DNA of 64,000 nt. Origin: Klebsiella sp. RIT-PI-d (GTDB lineage Bacteria > Pseudomonadota > Gammaproteobacteria > Enterobacterales > Enterobacteriaceae). The stretch covers positions 42,554-106,553 of the forward strand of contig NZ_LGIT01000001.1 in assembly GCF_001187865.1 (NCBI RefSeq), written 5' to 3'. The notes under the pieces are model-generated. The model saw nothing but the letters and a program-made list of their open reading frames with translations. It was not told the origin of the DNA and searched no databases. Below are positions 44,582 to 55,100 of the stretch, piece by piece. Each line of letters begins with the position of its first letter. The first letter of the stretch is position 1. The position numbers and the translations under genes were made by a program.

Positions 44582-46165
44582 ATGCAAAAGCGGCGGGTGG
44601 TCATCGGCGTAGTGGGAACGGTACTGGATAAACGCGGGAAGCGCGCTAATCGCTGGGCAAAATGGCGGCCTACTGTCGGACTCTGCCAGCAGCCGGACCT
44701 GCCCGTTGATCGTCTGGAGCTGCTTTATCAGGCCAAAGATCGCGGCATGGCGGAGCAGCTGAGTGCAGATATCCGCGACGTATCTCCGCAGACCGATGTA
44801 CAGACACACACGGTGGCGATTGACGATCCGTGGGACTTTGAAGAGGTGTACGCCGCATTTCTCGATTTCGCCCGCCACTACTCTTTTGATACTGATAACG
44901 AAGAGTATCTGGTGCATATCACCACCGGGACCCACGTGGCGCAGATTTGCTGGTTTTTGCTGACCGAGGCACGCTACCTGCCCGCCAGCCTGCTGCAAAC
45001 CGGCCCGTTAAAAAACCGCGATGAGGAAAATAGCGCGGCCGGAACCTATTCGGTTATCGATCTCGATCTCAGTCGCTACGCCACGCTTACCAGCCGTTTT
45101 CAGCACGAACAGCAGCAGTCCGTCTCGTTTTTGAAAAGCGGGATTGATACCCGAAATCCTGCGTTTAACCGTACGATCGCTCAGATTGAGCGCGTGGCCC
45201 TACGTTCAGATGCGCCCATGTTGCTGACGGGTCCTACCGGCGCCGGCAAGTCTTTCCTCGCCAAACGTATCTATCAGCTGCGTCAGTCGCGGCATCTGGT
45301 CGCCGGAAAACTGGTGGCGGTAAACTGCGCAACGCTGCGCGGTGATAACGCGATGTCGACACTATTTGGTCATGTGAAAGGTGCCTTTACCGGCGCGCTT
45401 CAGCCGAGAGCCGGACTACTACGTGAGGCCGACGGCGGGATCCTGTTTCTGGATGAGATTGCAGAGCTGGGGCTGGATGAACAGGCCATGCTGCTGAAAG
45501 CGATAGAAGAGAAAACCTTCTTCCCGTTCGGCTCGGATAAAGAGGTGCGCAGTGATTTTCAGCTTATTGCCGGAACCCATCGTGATATGCCAGCGTGGAT
45601 AGCTGAAGGCCGCTTCCGGGAAGATCTGTACTCGCGTATTAATATGTGGAATTTTGCCCTGCCGGGGCTGGCGGAGCGGCGGGAGGATATTGCGCCTAAC
45701 GTAGAGTATGAATTGCAACGTTTTGAGGCGAACCACCAGACGCGCGTCCGCTTTGATAAAGAGGCCCGTGACCGCTATATCAACTTTGCGCGTTCTCCTC
45801 AGGCGGTCTGGCGAGGTAATTTCCGTGAGCTGGGTTCTTCTGTTGCGCGCATGGCAACGCTTGCCGAACAGGGACGGATCAGCACAGAACTGGTGGCGGA
45901 AGAGATTGAGCGGCTGAAACAAAACTGGCACCCTGCCACGTCCAGTATTGTTCCGGTCCTGAGTGAAGAAATCGACCTCTTCGACCAGAGCCAGCTGGAA
46001 ACGGTCATTCGCGTCTGCCGTCAGTGTCAGTCGATTTCAGAAGCCGGAAGGCTACTGTTTGCCGTCTCGCGACAGAAAAAAAGTAACCCCAATGATGCCG
46101 ACCGCCTGCGTAAGTACCTCGCACGCTTTGGGCTAAACTGGGAGCGTATACAAGACCTTTCTTAA
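44582..46165 (+). CDS. RtcR-family sigma-54-dependent activator (N-terminal CARF-like domain, AAA+ sigma-54 activator domain with GAFTGA, C-terminal HTH), 527 aa
   Basis: Collinear similarity to E. coli RtcR (WxKWRPT..., HITTGTHVAQICWFLL, GPTGAGKS, GAFTGA, C-terminal DADRLRKYLARFGL); no rtcBA nearby. Confidence 0.85.
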   Translation: MQKRRVVIGVVGTVLDKRGKRANRWAKWRPTVGLCQQPDLPVDRLELLYQAKDRGMAEQLSADIRDVSPQTDVQTHTVAIDDPWDFEEVYAAFLDFARHYSFDTDNEEYLVHITTGTHVAQICWFLLTEARYLPASLLQTGPLKNRDEENSAAGTYSVIDLDLSRYATLTSRFQHEQQQSVSFLKSGIDTRNPAFNRTIAQIERVALRSDAPMLLTGPTGAGKSFLAKRIYQLRQSRHLVAGKLVAVNCATLRGDNAMSTLFGHVKGAFTGALQPRAGLLREADGGILFLDEIAELGLDEQAMLLKAIEEKTFFPFGSDKEVRSDFQLIAGTHRDMPAWIAEGRFREDLYSRINMWNFALPGLAERREDIAPNVEYELQRFEANHQTRVRFDKEARDRYINFARSPQAVWRGNFRELGSSVARMATLAEQGRISTELVAEEIERLKQNWHPATSSIVPVLSEEIDLFDQSQLETVIRVCRQCQSISEAGRLLFAVSRQKKSNPNDADRLRKYLARFGLNWERIQDLS

Positions 46166-46197
46166 CGAGAATATTTGCCCCGGATGCCTGCGCACTA

Positions 46198-46764
46198 TTA
46201 CGCCAGGCCGCCGGGAATAATCTTCGGCTGTATTTTGCAAATATAAGTAGCGCAATCCGGAATATCAGATAACACCAGTGACATGGCACCCACAGTCACA
46301 TTATGACCAATATGTATATTGCCTAAAATACATGCGCCGGCACCAATATTGACATTATCGCCTATTGTTGCTGCGGCTTTATCATCGTCTTTTCGCAGTC
46401 CAATGGTCACGTTTTGATAGATAATAGCGTTATTGCCAATGATCGATTTCCCCGAGATAACGACGCCCGTCAGGTGTACAAACTTAGGGTTGAAGCCAAT
46501 CGTGGCGCGCAATGCGACATCGGAAGCATAACGCCGTTGCAGTGACCAGTTAATTTTCTTTGCGACCCGCTTTTGCCGCGAATTTCCCAGACGATGCATT
46601 TGACTGGCCAGTCGCCACCATAATAAAAAGTGCCGGTTCCGGTTCTTATGGGCGATATACAAACGAAAGGGGTTAATTCTTTTTTTTCCGGTGATTTCTG
46701 CACGCCAGAACGATTTTAAGTCAGCACTTCTTTTCGACAGCAGAAACAAAAAAATCTGAATCAT
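46198..46764 (-). CDS. Small CysE/WcaB-like hexapeptide-repeat O-acetyltransferase (133-188 aa depending on start)
   Basis: LbH hexapeptide repeats (IGDNVNIGAGACILGNIHIGHNVTVGAMSLV) and SAT-like N-terminal helix (HFLLWWRLASQMHR); AT-rich, non-core. Confidence 0.6.
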   Translation of the reverse strand: MIQIFLFLLSKRSADLKSFWRAEITGKKRINPFRLYIAHKNRNRHFLLWWRLASQMHRLGNSRQKRVAKKINWSLQRRYASDVALRATIGFNPKFVHLTGVVISGKSIIGNNAIIYQNVTIGLRKDDDKAAATIGDNVNIGAGACILGNIHIGHNVTVGAMSLVLSDIPDCATYICKIQPKIIPGGLA

Positions 46765-46917
46765 CTCTTCTTAACTTTTCCGTGGCGTAATCATTGATAA
46801 CAGTGTGGATGAAGTCCGTCCCCGGTGCAAAACAAAGTCGCCTGGCTCGCCGACATGAATCCTCTTCATCATAATTTGTTTGAATAAAATCTCACCGCAC
46901 GATAAACATTACCTATG

Positions 46918-46943
46918 GCCGGGCTCGATCCCGGCTTTTTTTA
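46918..46943 (+). terminator. Intrinsic-terminator-like hairpin GGCCGGG-ctcgat-CCCGGC + T7 inside the 5' leader of the panS-like gene (candidate attenuator)
   Basis: GC stem followed by TTTTTTT 38 nt upstream of the transporter ATG; no upstream plus-strand gene to terminate. Confidence 0.4.
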
Positions 46944-46981
46944 TAAAAAACACAATGCACAACCTCCTTAAGGAAAACACA

Positions 46982-47908
46982 ATGCTCTCCATTCTGACCC
47001 GGCTGTTCCCGCTCTGGGCGCTGCTGCTCTCCGTTATCGCGTATTACACGCCTGCGACGTTTGTGCCTGTTGGCCCATGGGTAAGTACCCTGCTGATGCT
47101 GATTATGTTTGGTATGGGTGTGCATTTGACCTTTGCCGATTTTAAACGCGTGCTGTCGCGTCCTGCGCCGGTAGCTGCGGGAATTTTTCTGCACTATCTG
47201 GTTATGCCGCTGGCGGCCTGGCTGCTGGCGCTGCTGTTTAAGATGCCACCGGATCTCTCTGCCGGCATGGTGCTGGTGGGGAGCGTTGCCAGCGGTACCG
47301 CATCCAACGTCATGATTTATCTGGCCAAAGGTGATGTTGCGCTGTCGGTAACTATCTCTTCAGTTTCAACGCTGGTTGGCGTGGTGGCCACACCCTTGTT
47401 GACCCGACTGTATGTGGATACGCATATTCAGGTCGATGTAATGGGTATGCTGTTCAGCATTCTGCAAATCGTGGTCATCCCCATCGCCCTCGGCCTGATA
47501 GTCCACCACCTGTTCCCGCGCGTGGTGCGGGCGATAGAACCGTATCTGCCGGCTTTTTCAATGGTGTGTATTCTGGCGATCATCAGCGCCGTGGTGGCGG
47601 GAAGCGCCAGCCATATTGCCTCGGTTGGGCTGGTGGTGATTATCGCGGTGATCCTGCATAACACTATCGGGCTACTTGGAGGCTACTGGGGCGGAAGATT
47701 GTTTGGTTTTGATGAGTCAACCTGCCGCACGCTGGCGATTGAAGTCGGCATGCAAAACTCCGGTCTTGCTGCCGCGCTCGGTAAAATCTACTTCTCGCCA
47801 CTGGCCGCTCTGCCCGGCGCGCTGTTCTCGGTATGGCACAACCTTTCAGGTTCGCTGCTGGCAGGGTACTGGTCCGGTAAGCCGGTTGATCAAAAGAAAC
47901 GCCGCTAA
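46982..47908 (+). CDS. panS: Bile-acid:sodium symporter (BASS) family transporter, PanS-like (308 aa from MLSILTRLF; ORF-track start 46880 probably too early)
   Basis: BASS family 9-10 TM protein; SD AAGGA 7 nt upstream of ATG 46982; PanS (STM4195) of Salmonella is a BASS transporter encoded near metH. Confidence 0.65.
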   Translation: MLSILTRLFPLWALLLSVIAYYTPATFVPVGPWVSTLLMLIMFGMGVHLTFADFKRVLSRPAPVAAGIFLHYLVMPLAAWLLALLFKMPPDLSAGMVLVGSVASGTASNVMIYLAKGDVALSVTISSVSTLVGVVATPLLTRLYVDTHIQVDVMGMLFSILQIVVIPIALGLIVHHLFPRVVRAIEPYLPAFSMVCILAIISAVVAGSASHIASVGLVVIIAVILHNTIGLLGGYWGGRLFGFDESTCRTLAIEVGMQNSGLAAALGKIYFSPLAALPGALFSVWHNLSGSLLAGYWSGKPVDQKKRR

Positions 47909-48051
47909 TATTGTCGACACGGAGGGTTTAACCCTCCGTTTAGTTAACAATAACTTACCTTTTTTTATTGGTACTGTTTGCTGTGTGAACGCTATCCGCC
48001 TGAGCCATATTGCCGTACACTCGTTTTATCCGGCTAACTGAGGGCACTTCC

Positions 48052-48324
48052 ATGGCACTCCCGCGCATTACCCAGAAAGACATGACCGAGCGCGAACAGC
48101 GCGAGCTAAAAACCTTACTCGACCGCGCCCGTATTGCGCATGGCCGCCTGCTGACGAATGCAGAAACTAACAGCGTTAAAAAAGAGTACATTGATAAGCT
48201 GATGGTGCAGCGAGAAGCCGATGCGAAAAAAGCCCGCCAGGCAAAGAAAAAGCAGGCTTATAAACCGGACACCGAAGCGTCATTTTCGTGGTCGGCGAGT
48301 ACGCCAACGCGCGGCAGACGTTAA
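48052..48324 (+). CDS. yjbD: YjbD (DUF3811, 90 aa; start MALPRITQK)
   Basis: Matches E. coli YjbD over full length; overlapping stop with rluF stop region. Confidence 0.8.
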   Translation: MALPRITQKDMTEREQRELKTLLDRARIAHGRLLTNAETNSVKKEYIDKLMVQREADAKKARQAKKKQAYKPDTEASFSWSASTPTRGRR

Positions 48325-49190
48325 CGCCCTTTTTTCTTGCGTCCCGGCGCGGTAAAACGTTTACCGTTTGATGCCGTGCGAGCTTTCTCGCTCGCTTTTT
48401 CGACCTTTATCACCGGGCGCTTAATGCCCGCTGTTTTCGGCTTCGCTTTGGTTTTCGGTTTTGCTTCTGACGATGAGTTTTCAATCAGTTTAAACAGGGC
48501 GATCAGCTCGTCATCCGTCAGGTCGCGCCATTCACCGAGTGGCAGACCAGACAGTCCTACATTCATGATGCGGGTCCGTTCAAGCTTCGTCACTTCATAG
48601 CCAAAATGCTCACACATGCGCCGGATCTGGCGGTTCAATCCCTGCACCAGCGTAATACGAAACACAAACGGTGCTTCTTTTCGGACCTTGCACTTCTTCG
48701 TTACCGTTCCCAAAATCGGTACGCCAGCCCCCATCCCGCGAATAAAGTCGTCTGTTACCGGCTTATCGACCGTCACCAGATACTCTTTTTCGTGATCGTT
48801 ACCGGCACGCAGAATTTTATTGACCAGGTCGCCGTGGTTGGTCAGAAAGATCAGCCCCTGGGAGTCTTTATCCAGTCGGCCAATCGGGAACACACGCTTA
48901 CTGTGGTTCACGAAATCAACGATATTGTCGCGCTCGCTGTCTTCCGTGGTACTGACAATTCCCACCGGCTTATTCAGCGCGATAAACACCAGGTCTTCCG
49001 CCTCGCGCGGCTCAATCAACTGACCGTTGACCTTAACCACGTCGCCAGGATTTACCTGGTCGCCAATCGTGGCGCGCTTGCCGTTAAGGAAGACATTCCC
49101 CTGTTCAATGTAGCGATCCGCCTCGCGACGCGAGCAAATGCCGCTTTCACTGATGTATTTGTTTAATCGAATAGATGAGTCGGGCAGCAT
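48321..49190 (-). CDS. rluF: 23S rRNA pseudouridine(2604) synthase RluF (289 aa)
   Basis: S4 domain + RluA/RsuA catalytic motif (RLDKDSQGL); Lys-rich C-tail. Confidence 0.9.
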   Translation of the reverse strand: MLPDSSIRLNKYISESGICSRREADRYIEQGNVFLNGKRATIGDQVNPGDVVKVNGQLIEPREAEDLVFIALNKPVGIVSTTEDSERDNIVDFVNHSKRVFPIGRLDKDSQGLIFLTNHGDLVNKILRAGNDHEKEYLVTVDKPVTDDFIRGMGAGVPILGTVTKKCKVRKEAPFVFRITLVQGLNRQIRRMCEHFGYEVTKLERTRIMNVGLSGLPLGEWRDLTDDELIALFKLIENSSSEAKPKTKAKPKTAGIKRPVIKVEKASEKARTASNGKRFTAPGRKKKGR

Positions 49191-49334
49191 AAATTCTCCT
49201 GTAAAAGCGAAATATACCGCACCTGATGGCGAGGAAAAACCGTCTCGTGCAGGTTCCTGTGGTTTAAGGAGGTTTATAACGTTTGTCAGCGATATACCGG
49301 CGCAGTATCTATTGATGAGGATATCGTCGGTGGT

Positions 49335-49738
49335 AGCATTATTGTTTTCGGATTAACGGGGAGAAATGCTGAAACACGCTTTGCCGCTGATTACCGATCG
49401 GCTGGAGTGCGGGGGCGAATCTCGCCTGCCAGAGCATTCGAACCACTAACGATATGCCGATTGTCGATCCGCAGGGGTTTGATGCGCTGGGACTGTTTCC
49501 GCTACAAATTAATCCCCATTTCACCAATGCGTTGCCGGAAGGCCATAAAGGCGAAACCCGCGAACAGCGGCTGCGTGAGTTACTGGTGGTGGCGCCAGAG
49601 CTGACAGTGGTGGGTCTGCCGGAAGGTAACTGGATCACAGTGAGCCAGGGGCAGGCGACGCTGGGCGGCCCGAACAAAACGTATTTGTTCAGGGCTGGCG
49701 AAGAGGCGGTATTGCTGGAGGCGGGACACCGCTTTTAA
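49335..49738 (+). pseudogene. pepE: pepE (peptidase E) pseudogene: N-terminal remnant (MLKHALPLI...) with frameshifts and ~110-codon internal deletion fused out of frame to an intact C-terminal 94 codons
   Basis: Only 548 bp lie between rluF start and pepE stop (needs ~690 bp); C-terminal 94 aa ([24 protein letters not shown]...) match PepE; upstream DNA aligns to pepE 5' region with 2-nt and large deletions. Confidence 0.7.
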
Positions 49739-49754
49739 TCCCGATGTGTTGAAT

Positions 49755-49782
49755 GCCGGATGGCGGCTTCGCTTATCCGGCC
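49755..49782. repeat. REP element (GCCGGATGGCGGCTTCGCTTATCCGGCC) between convergent pepE and yjbB
   Basis: Canonical REP consensus palindrome. Confidence 0.55.
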
Positions 49783-49870
49783 TGGCAGGACATAACACGC
49801 CAGCCTATAGGCCCGTGCAGGCGAAAGCGCCGCCGGGCACAGGTAGGTCAACGCACGTTATCGCCTGATG

Positions 49871-51502
49871 TTAATACTCATCCCGCTCGTCATCTTCATC
49901 CGGTTGTTCCAGCACGCTGTAAGCCACCGAACAAAACAGCGAGTTCAGACGTTTCATATCGCCCAGCAGCCCAAGATGCAGGGAACTGGTTTCGATACTC
50001 TGCACATTTTGCTGGTGCAGGCGGTCAACGTGCGCATGTGAATAGCGGCGGTTAAGAATGCGGAAACGGTGTTTACTGCGACGCAGGCGGCGGGCGCTGG
50101 TCATATCACCCGAGAAGAAGACGGTCATTGCCAGCTTCAGGTTATTAAGGAGCTGATCGTACAGGGCATCCAGCTCTTTTACGCCTTCCAGCGAAAACGC
50201 CCGGCGGGCGGCCAGCGATTTATCGGCGATTTCGCTGCCCATGCGCTCAATAATATCGGAAGCCTGCTCAAGGTTGAGCGACATCTCAATGATCTCCGCC
50301 CAGCGTCGGGATTCTTCTTCCGCCAGTTCGTCTTTTGGCATACGCGCCAGATAAAGCTTGATGGCGGTATAGAGCACATTGATATCTTCAGCGAGCTTAC
50401 GCAGTTCTTTCTCCTGCCGCGGTTCGCCGTGCATCACCTGTTTTAGCCCGTCCAGCATCTGCTCCATCGCGTCGCCCATACGCAGGGTTTCACGCGCAGC
50501 GTTGGCCAGCGCCAGCGTCGGCGTATCCAGCGCGCTGGTGTCCAGATGCTTTGGTTTCAGACGAGCGTCCAGCTCTGGCTCATCCCGGATCACCCGCTCG
50601 CAGAACCGGGCCATCACCCCGGCGAACGGCACCATAGCCAGACAGCGGATCAGGTTATAGAAGACGTGAAAATAGATCACCATTTCGGCTTTCGGCAGCG
50701 GCAGGTTATCCATTGCATCTGCCAGCATATGCACAAACGGCAGGATAATCAGACTGCCCACCAGCTTAAATAACAAACTGCCCAGCGCCACCCGACGGGC
50801 AGCGGCGTTGGCCGCGCTGTTGTTCAGCATCGCCAGCAGGCCAGAACCGAGGTTCGCGCCAATGACCAGGCACAGCGCTACCGGGAACGAAATAATGCCC
50901 GCCGTCGTCAGGGTCGCGGTCAACAGAACGGCCGCGAGGCTGGAGTAGCTGATGATGGCGAAAACTGCGCCAATCAGCGCATCCAGCATGATATCGCCAG
51001 TCAGCGAGGCAAAAATGACCTGCACGCCGCTGGCCTGAGTAATCGGCGTGACGGCCTGCACGATCAGCTCCAGCGCCTGTAAAATCAGGCCGAGACCAAT
51101 TGCCACGCGCCCGAGTTGTCCGGCGCGGGTCTGTTTACGCCCAAGAAAGAAGATGACGCCGACAAAAATAAGCAGCGGCGACAGCCATGAAAGATCGAAG
51201 GTGAGGATACGCGCCATCAGCGCGGTGCCGACGTCAGCGCCCAGCACAATCACCAGCGCTGGCGTCAGCGCGACAAGGTCCTGTGCCACAAACGAGGTGA
51301 CCAGCATAGTGGTGGCATTGCTACTTTGTACCAGTGCCGTCACGCCAATACCGGCGCTGAAGGCGAGCGGTTTTTTCTCAACGCTGCGGCTGAGGACGGT
51401 TCGCAGTCTTGCGCCAAAGACGCGCATCACACCGGTACGTACGATGTGGGTACCCCAGACCAGCAGGGCGACGGCAGAGAGCAGGTGTAACAACGTTAAC
51501 AC
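49871..51502 (-). CDS. yjbB: Na+/phosphate cotransporter-family protein YjbB (543 aa)
   Basis: 543 aa, NptA-type membrane domain + PhoU-like C-terminal region; synteny. Confidence 0.9.
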   Translation of the reverse strand: MLTLLHLLSAVALLVWGTHIVRTGVMRVFGARLRTVLSRSVEKKPLAFSAGIGVTALVQSSNATTMLVTSFVAQDLVALTPALVIVLGADVGTALMARILTFDLSWLSPLLIFVGVIFFLGRKQTRAGQLGRVAIGLGLILQALELIVQAVTPITQASGVQVIFASLTGDIMLDALIGAVFAIISYSSLAAVLLTATLTTAGIISFPVALCLVIGANLGSGLLAMLNNSAANAAARRVALGSLLFKLVGSLIILPFVHMLADAMDNLPLPKAEMVIYFHVFYNLIRCLAMVPFAGVMARFCERVIRDEPELDARLKPKHLDTSALDTPTLALANAARETLRMGDAMEQMLDGLKQVMHGEPRQEKELRKLAEDINVLYTAIKLYLARMPKDELAEEESRRWAEIIEMSLNLEQASDIIERMGSEIADKSLAARRAFSLEGVKELDALYDQLLNNLKLAMTVFFSGDMTSARRLRRSKHRFRILNRRYSHAHVDRLHQQNVQSIETSSLHLGLLGDMKRLNSLFCSVAYSVLEQPDEDDERDEY

Positions 51503-51658
51503 GGAAGGGTTGCCTCCTTAATTGTTATAGATTTCCTTGGGATAAAACGGCATCAGGGCCGCACACAGGCAGCCTGACGTTGATTACAGTATACGAGGTT
51601 AATTGTAATAAAGAGAAAACAGGCTCGAAACAGGCAGAAGGAGTTGTAAGGCGCTATT

Positions 51659-52108
51659 TCATGCCCGGGGTATTTTGTACTTTTTACACCAGACAATTGA
51701 CGCAATTTTAAGGATTTCCGCGGCGGCGAAAATGAAAAAAATAATGCCAGCACTGCCCGTTCCTGTAGCGGTTACCAACAAAATAAGGAACGGGATGGAG
51801 GCTGTAAAAGTGATAATCCGCAGCATCTCCTGAAACATAAAAAAGAGCGTGTTGATCTCTGTTTTACAGATAAACGACCATGCGGAATAAAACAGCGTCA
51901 GACGTAGCAGGACGCCGGACATGAACTGGATTATCATCCAGATAACCAGTCCACCTGCCGCGCCATACTGAGTAATACTGTCCTGAAAACGAATAATATC
52001 GGTAATAAAGGGGACCCTGCCGTCATTGATCGCCAGCGCTGCATAACTGATTAGCCCCAGCAGATCCATGATCCCCCAAAAAAGATAAATCCCTTTTTTT
52101 AATCTCAT
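51659..52108 (-). CDS. Orphan small membrane protein (149 aa, ~4 TM helices), immediately downstream of metH
   Basis: ORF 25 bp after metH stop on same strand; hydrophobic segments; AT-rich relative to flanks; absent from K-12 at this position. Confidence 0.5.
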   Translation of the reverse strand: MRLKKGIYLFWGIMDLLGLISYAALAINDGRVPFITDIIRFQDSITQYGAAGGLVIWMIIQFMSGVLLRLTLFYSAWSFICKTEINTLFFMFQEMLRIITFTASIPFLILLVTATGTGSAGIIFFIFAAAEILKIASIVWCKKYKIPRA

Positions 52109-52132
52109 TCTGCTTCCTTTCAGCGCATGTTA

Positions 52133-55100
52133 TTAATCTGCATCGTATCCCAGATTCGGGGCCAGCCAGCGTTCGACTTCCGTGACACTCATTCCTTTGC
52201 GTCGCGCATAATCTTCGACCTGATCGCGCTGGATCTGTGCCACGGCATAATATTTGCTATCGGGATGGCTGAAATACCAGCCGGAAACCGATGCGCCAGG
52301 CCACATAGCAAAGGACTCAGTGAGTTGCATACCGGTGTGTTTTTCCACATCCAGCAGTTCCCAGATGGTACCTTTCTCTGTGTGCTCCGGGCAGGCAGGA
52401 TAGCCGGGTGCAGGACGGATGCCCTGATAGTTTTCGCGGATCAGCTCCTCATTACTGAGGTTCTCATTCGGCGCATAGCCCCAGTACACTTTACGTACCC
52501 GCTCATGTAAATATTCGGCAAAAGCCTCGGCCAGACGATCGGCAATCGCTTTGACCATAATCTTGTTGTAGTCGTCATGCTGCGCGTCGTACGCCTCTGC
52601 CAGGGCATCCTCCTCCAGACCACCGGTAACCGCAAATGCGCCGATATAATCAGCCTTACCACTCAATTTAGGGGCCACAAAATCGGCCAGACAGTAGTTG
52701 GCAAAGCCGACTTTTTCAGTCTGCTGACGCAGATGCCGGCTGACAGTTAATACCCGGGTGCGCGTCTCATCGCGGTATATTTCAATATCATCGCCAACGC
52801 GGTTAGCCGGAAACAGCCCCACCACGCCGCGCGGATTGAGCGCTTTTTCGGCACTGAGTTTATCCAGCAGATCGTTGGCATCCTTAAAGAGCCGCCGGGC
52901 TTCTTCACCCACCACCTCATCTTCGAGAATGCGCGGATATTTTCCGGCCAGCGACCAGGTCATAAAGAACGGCGTCCAGTCGATATAATTGCGCAGGGTT
53001 TCAATGCTCGCCTCTACCGCCTGGACGCCAGGCCGGTGGGCCACCGGCGGCGTGTAACTGGCCCAGTCAAACGCCAGATCGTTCTCACGCGCGGCCTCAA
53101 GGGTAACCGGCGGCGTGCGCGGTTTCTTGCGGCCATGCTGAATACGCACGGTGTCGTACTCTTTGCGGGTCCGGGCAACAAACTCATCGCACTGGGTAGC
53201 GGAAAGCAGGGCTGCAACCACACCCACGGTGCGGGAGGCATTTTGTACATAGACGACAGGCCCGCTGTAGTTCTGTTCGATTTTTACTGCCGTATGCGCT
53301 TTGGAGGTCGTCGCACCGCCAATCAACAGCGGAATGGTAAAGCCCTGCCGCTCCATCTCTTTTGCCACGTTAACCATTTCATCCAGCGATGGCGTGATAA
53401 GCCCGGAAAGGCCAATCAGATCGGCATTGACTTCCCTGGCGGTTCTGAGGATTTTTTCTGCCGGAACCATCACGCCAAGATCGATAATTTCGTAGTTATT
53501 ACACTGCAATACCACGCCAACGATATTTTTGCCGATGTCGTGTACGTCACCTTTTACGGTGGCAATAACCATCTTGCCGTTACTGGAGCCTTTTTCTTTA
53601 CTGGCTTCAATATAGGGTTCGAGATAGGCCACCGCCTGTTTCATCACCCGGGCAGATTTTACCACCTGCGGGAGGAACATTTTTCCTTCGCCGAACAGGT
53701 CGCCAACCACGTTCATCCCGTCCATTAGCGGCCCTTCAATAACCTGAATCGGGCGATCCGCCTGCTGACGTGCTTCTTCGGTATCCAGCTCGATAAATTC
53801 AGTAATACCTTTGACCAGCGAATATTCGAGACGTTTCTTCACCTCCCAACTGCGCCATTCGGCCTGCTGCGCATTAGCAGTGTCATCGGTTTTACTGCCG
53901 CGGTATTTTTCTGCCAGCTCCAGCATCCGCTCGGTGCCATCATCCCGGCGGTTGAGGATCACATCTTCGACAGCATCGCGCAGTTCCGCGGGGAGATCGT
54001 CGTAAATCGCCAGCTGTCCGGCATTGACAATGCCCATGTCCATGCCGTTGCGAATGGCGTAGTAGAGAAAGACCGCGTGGATCGCTTCACGGACCGGATC
54101 GTTGCCGCGAAATGAGAATGACACGTTAGACACGCCGCCGGAAATCAGGGCATGTGGCAGCTCGCGTTTGATATCTTCGCAGGCACCGATAAAATCCTGG
54201 GCATAATTGTTGTGTTCTTCGATGCCCGTCGCGACGGCAAAAATATTCGGGTCGAAAATAATATCTTCCGGCGGGAAACCGACGTCTTTGGTCAGAATGG
54301 CGTACGCCCGACGGCAAATCTCAATTTTACGCGCCCGGGTATCTGCCTGCCCCTGTTCATCAAACGCCATCACCACTACGGCGGCACCGTAACGGCGCAC
54401 TTTCTTCGCGTGCTGGATGAACGGCTCTACGCCCTCTTTCATCGAAATAGAGTTAACAATGCCTTTACCCTGAATGCATTTCAGCCCTTTTTCGATAACA
54501 TCCCATTTCGAGGAGTCGATCATGATCGGCACGCGGGCAATATCCGGCTCACCGGCAATCAGGTTGAGGAATCGCACCATCGCCGCTTCGGCGTCGAGCA
54601 TTCCCTCATCCATATTAATATCGATAATCTGCGCACCGCTTTCAACCTGTTGACGGGCAACAGCCAGCGCTTCGGCGTATTTTTCTTCTTTAATCAGACG
54701 CTTGAATTTGGCAGAGCCGGTAACGTTAGTACGTTCACCCACGTTAACGAATAAACTGTCGTCACCAATATTAAGCGGTTCAAGACCGGACAGACGGCAG
54801 GCGACAGGAATATCAGGCAGTCGGCGCGGCGCTAAGCCTTCAACCGCGCGACTCATGGCAGCAATGTGTTCTGGCGTCGTCCCGCAGCAGCCGCCGACGA
54901 TATTCAGAAAGCCGGCCTGCGCCCATTCACGAATTTGTGCCGCCATGGTGTCGGCATCCAGATCGTACTCGCCAAACGCATTGGGTAGCCCGGCATTGGG
55001 ATGCGCGGTGACGTAGCACTCGGCAATACGCGACAGTTCCTGCACGTACTGGCGAAGTTCATCAGGTCCCAGCGCGCAGTTCAGGCCGAAGGTGAGCGCA

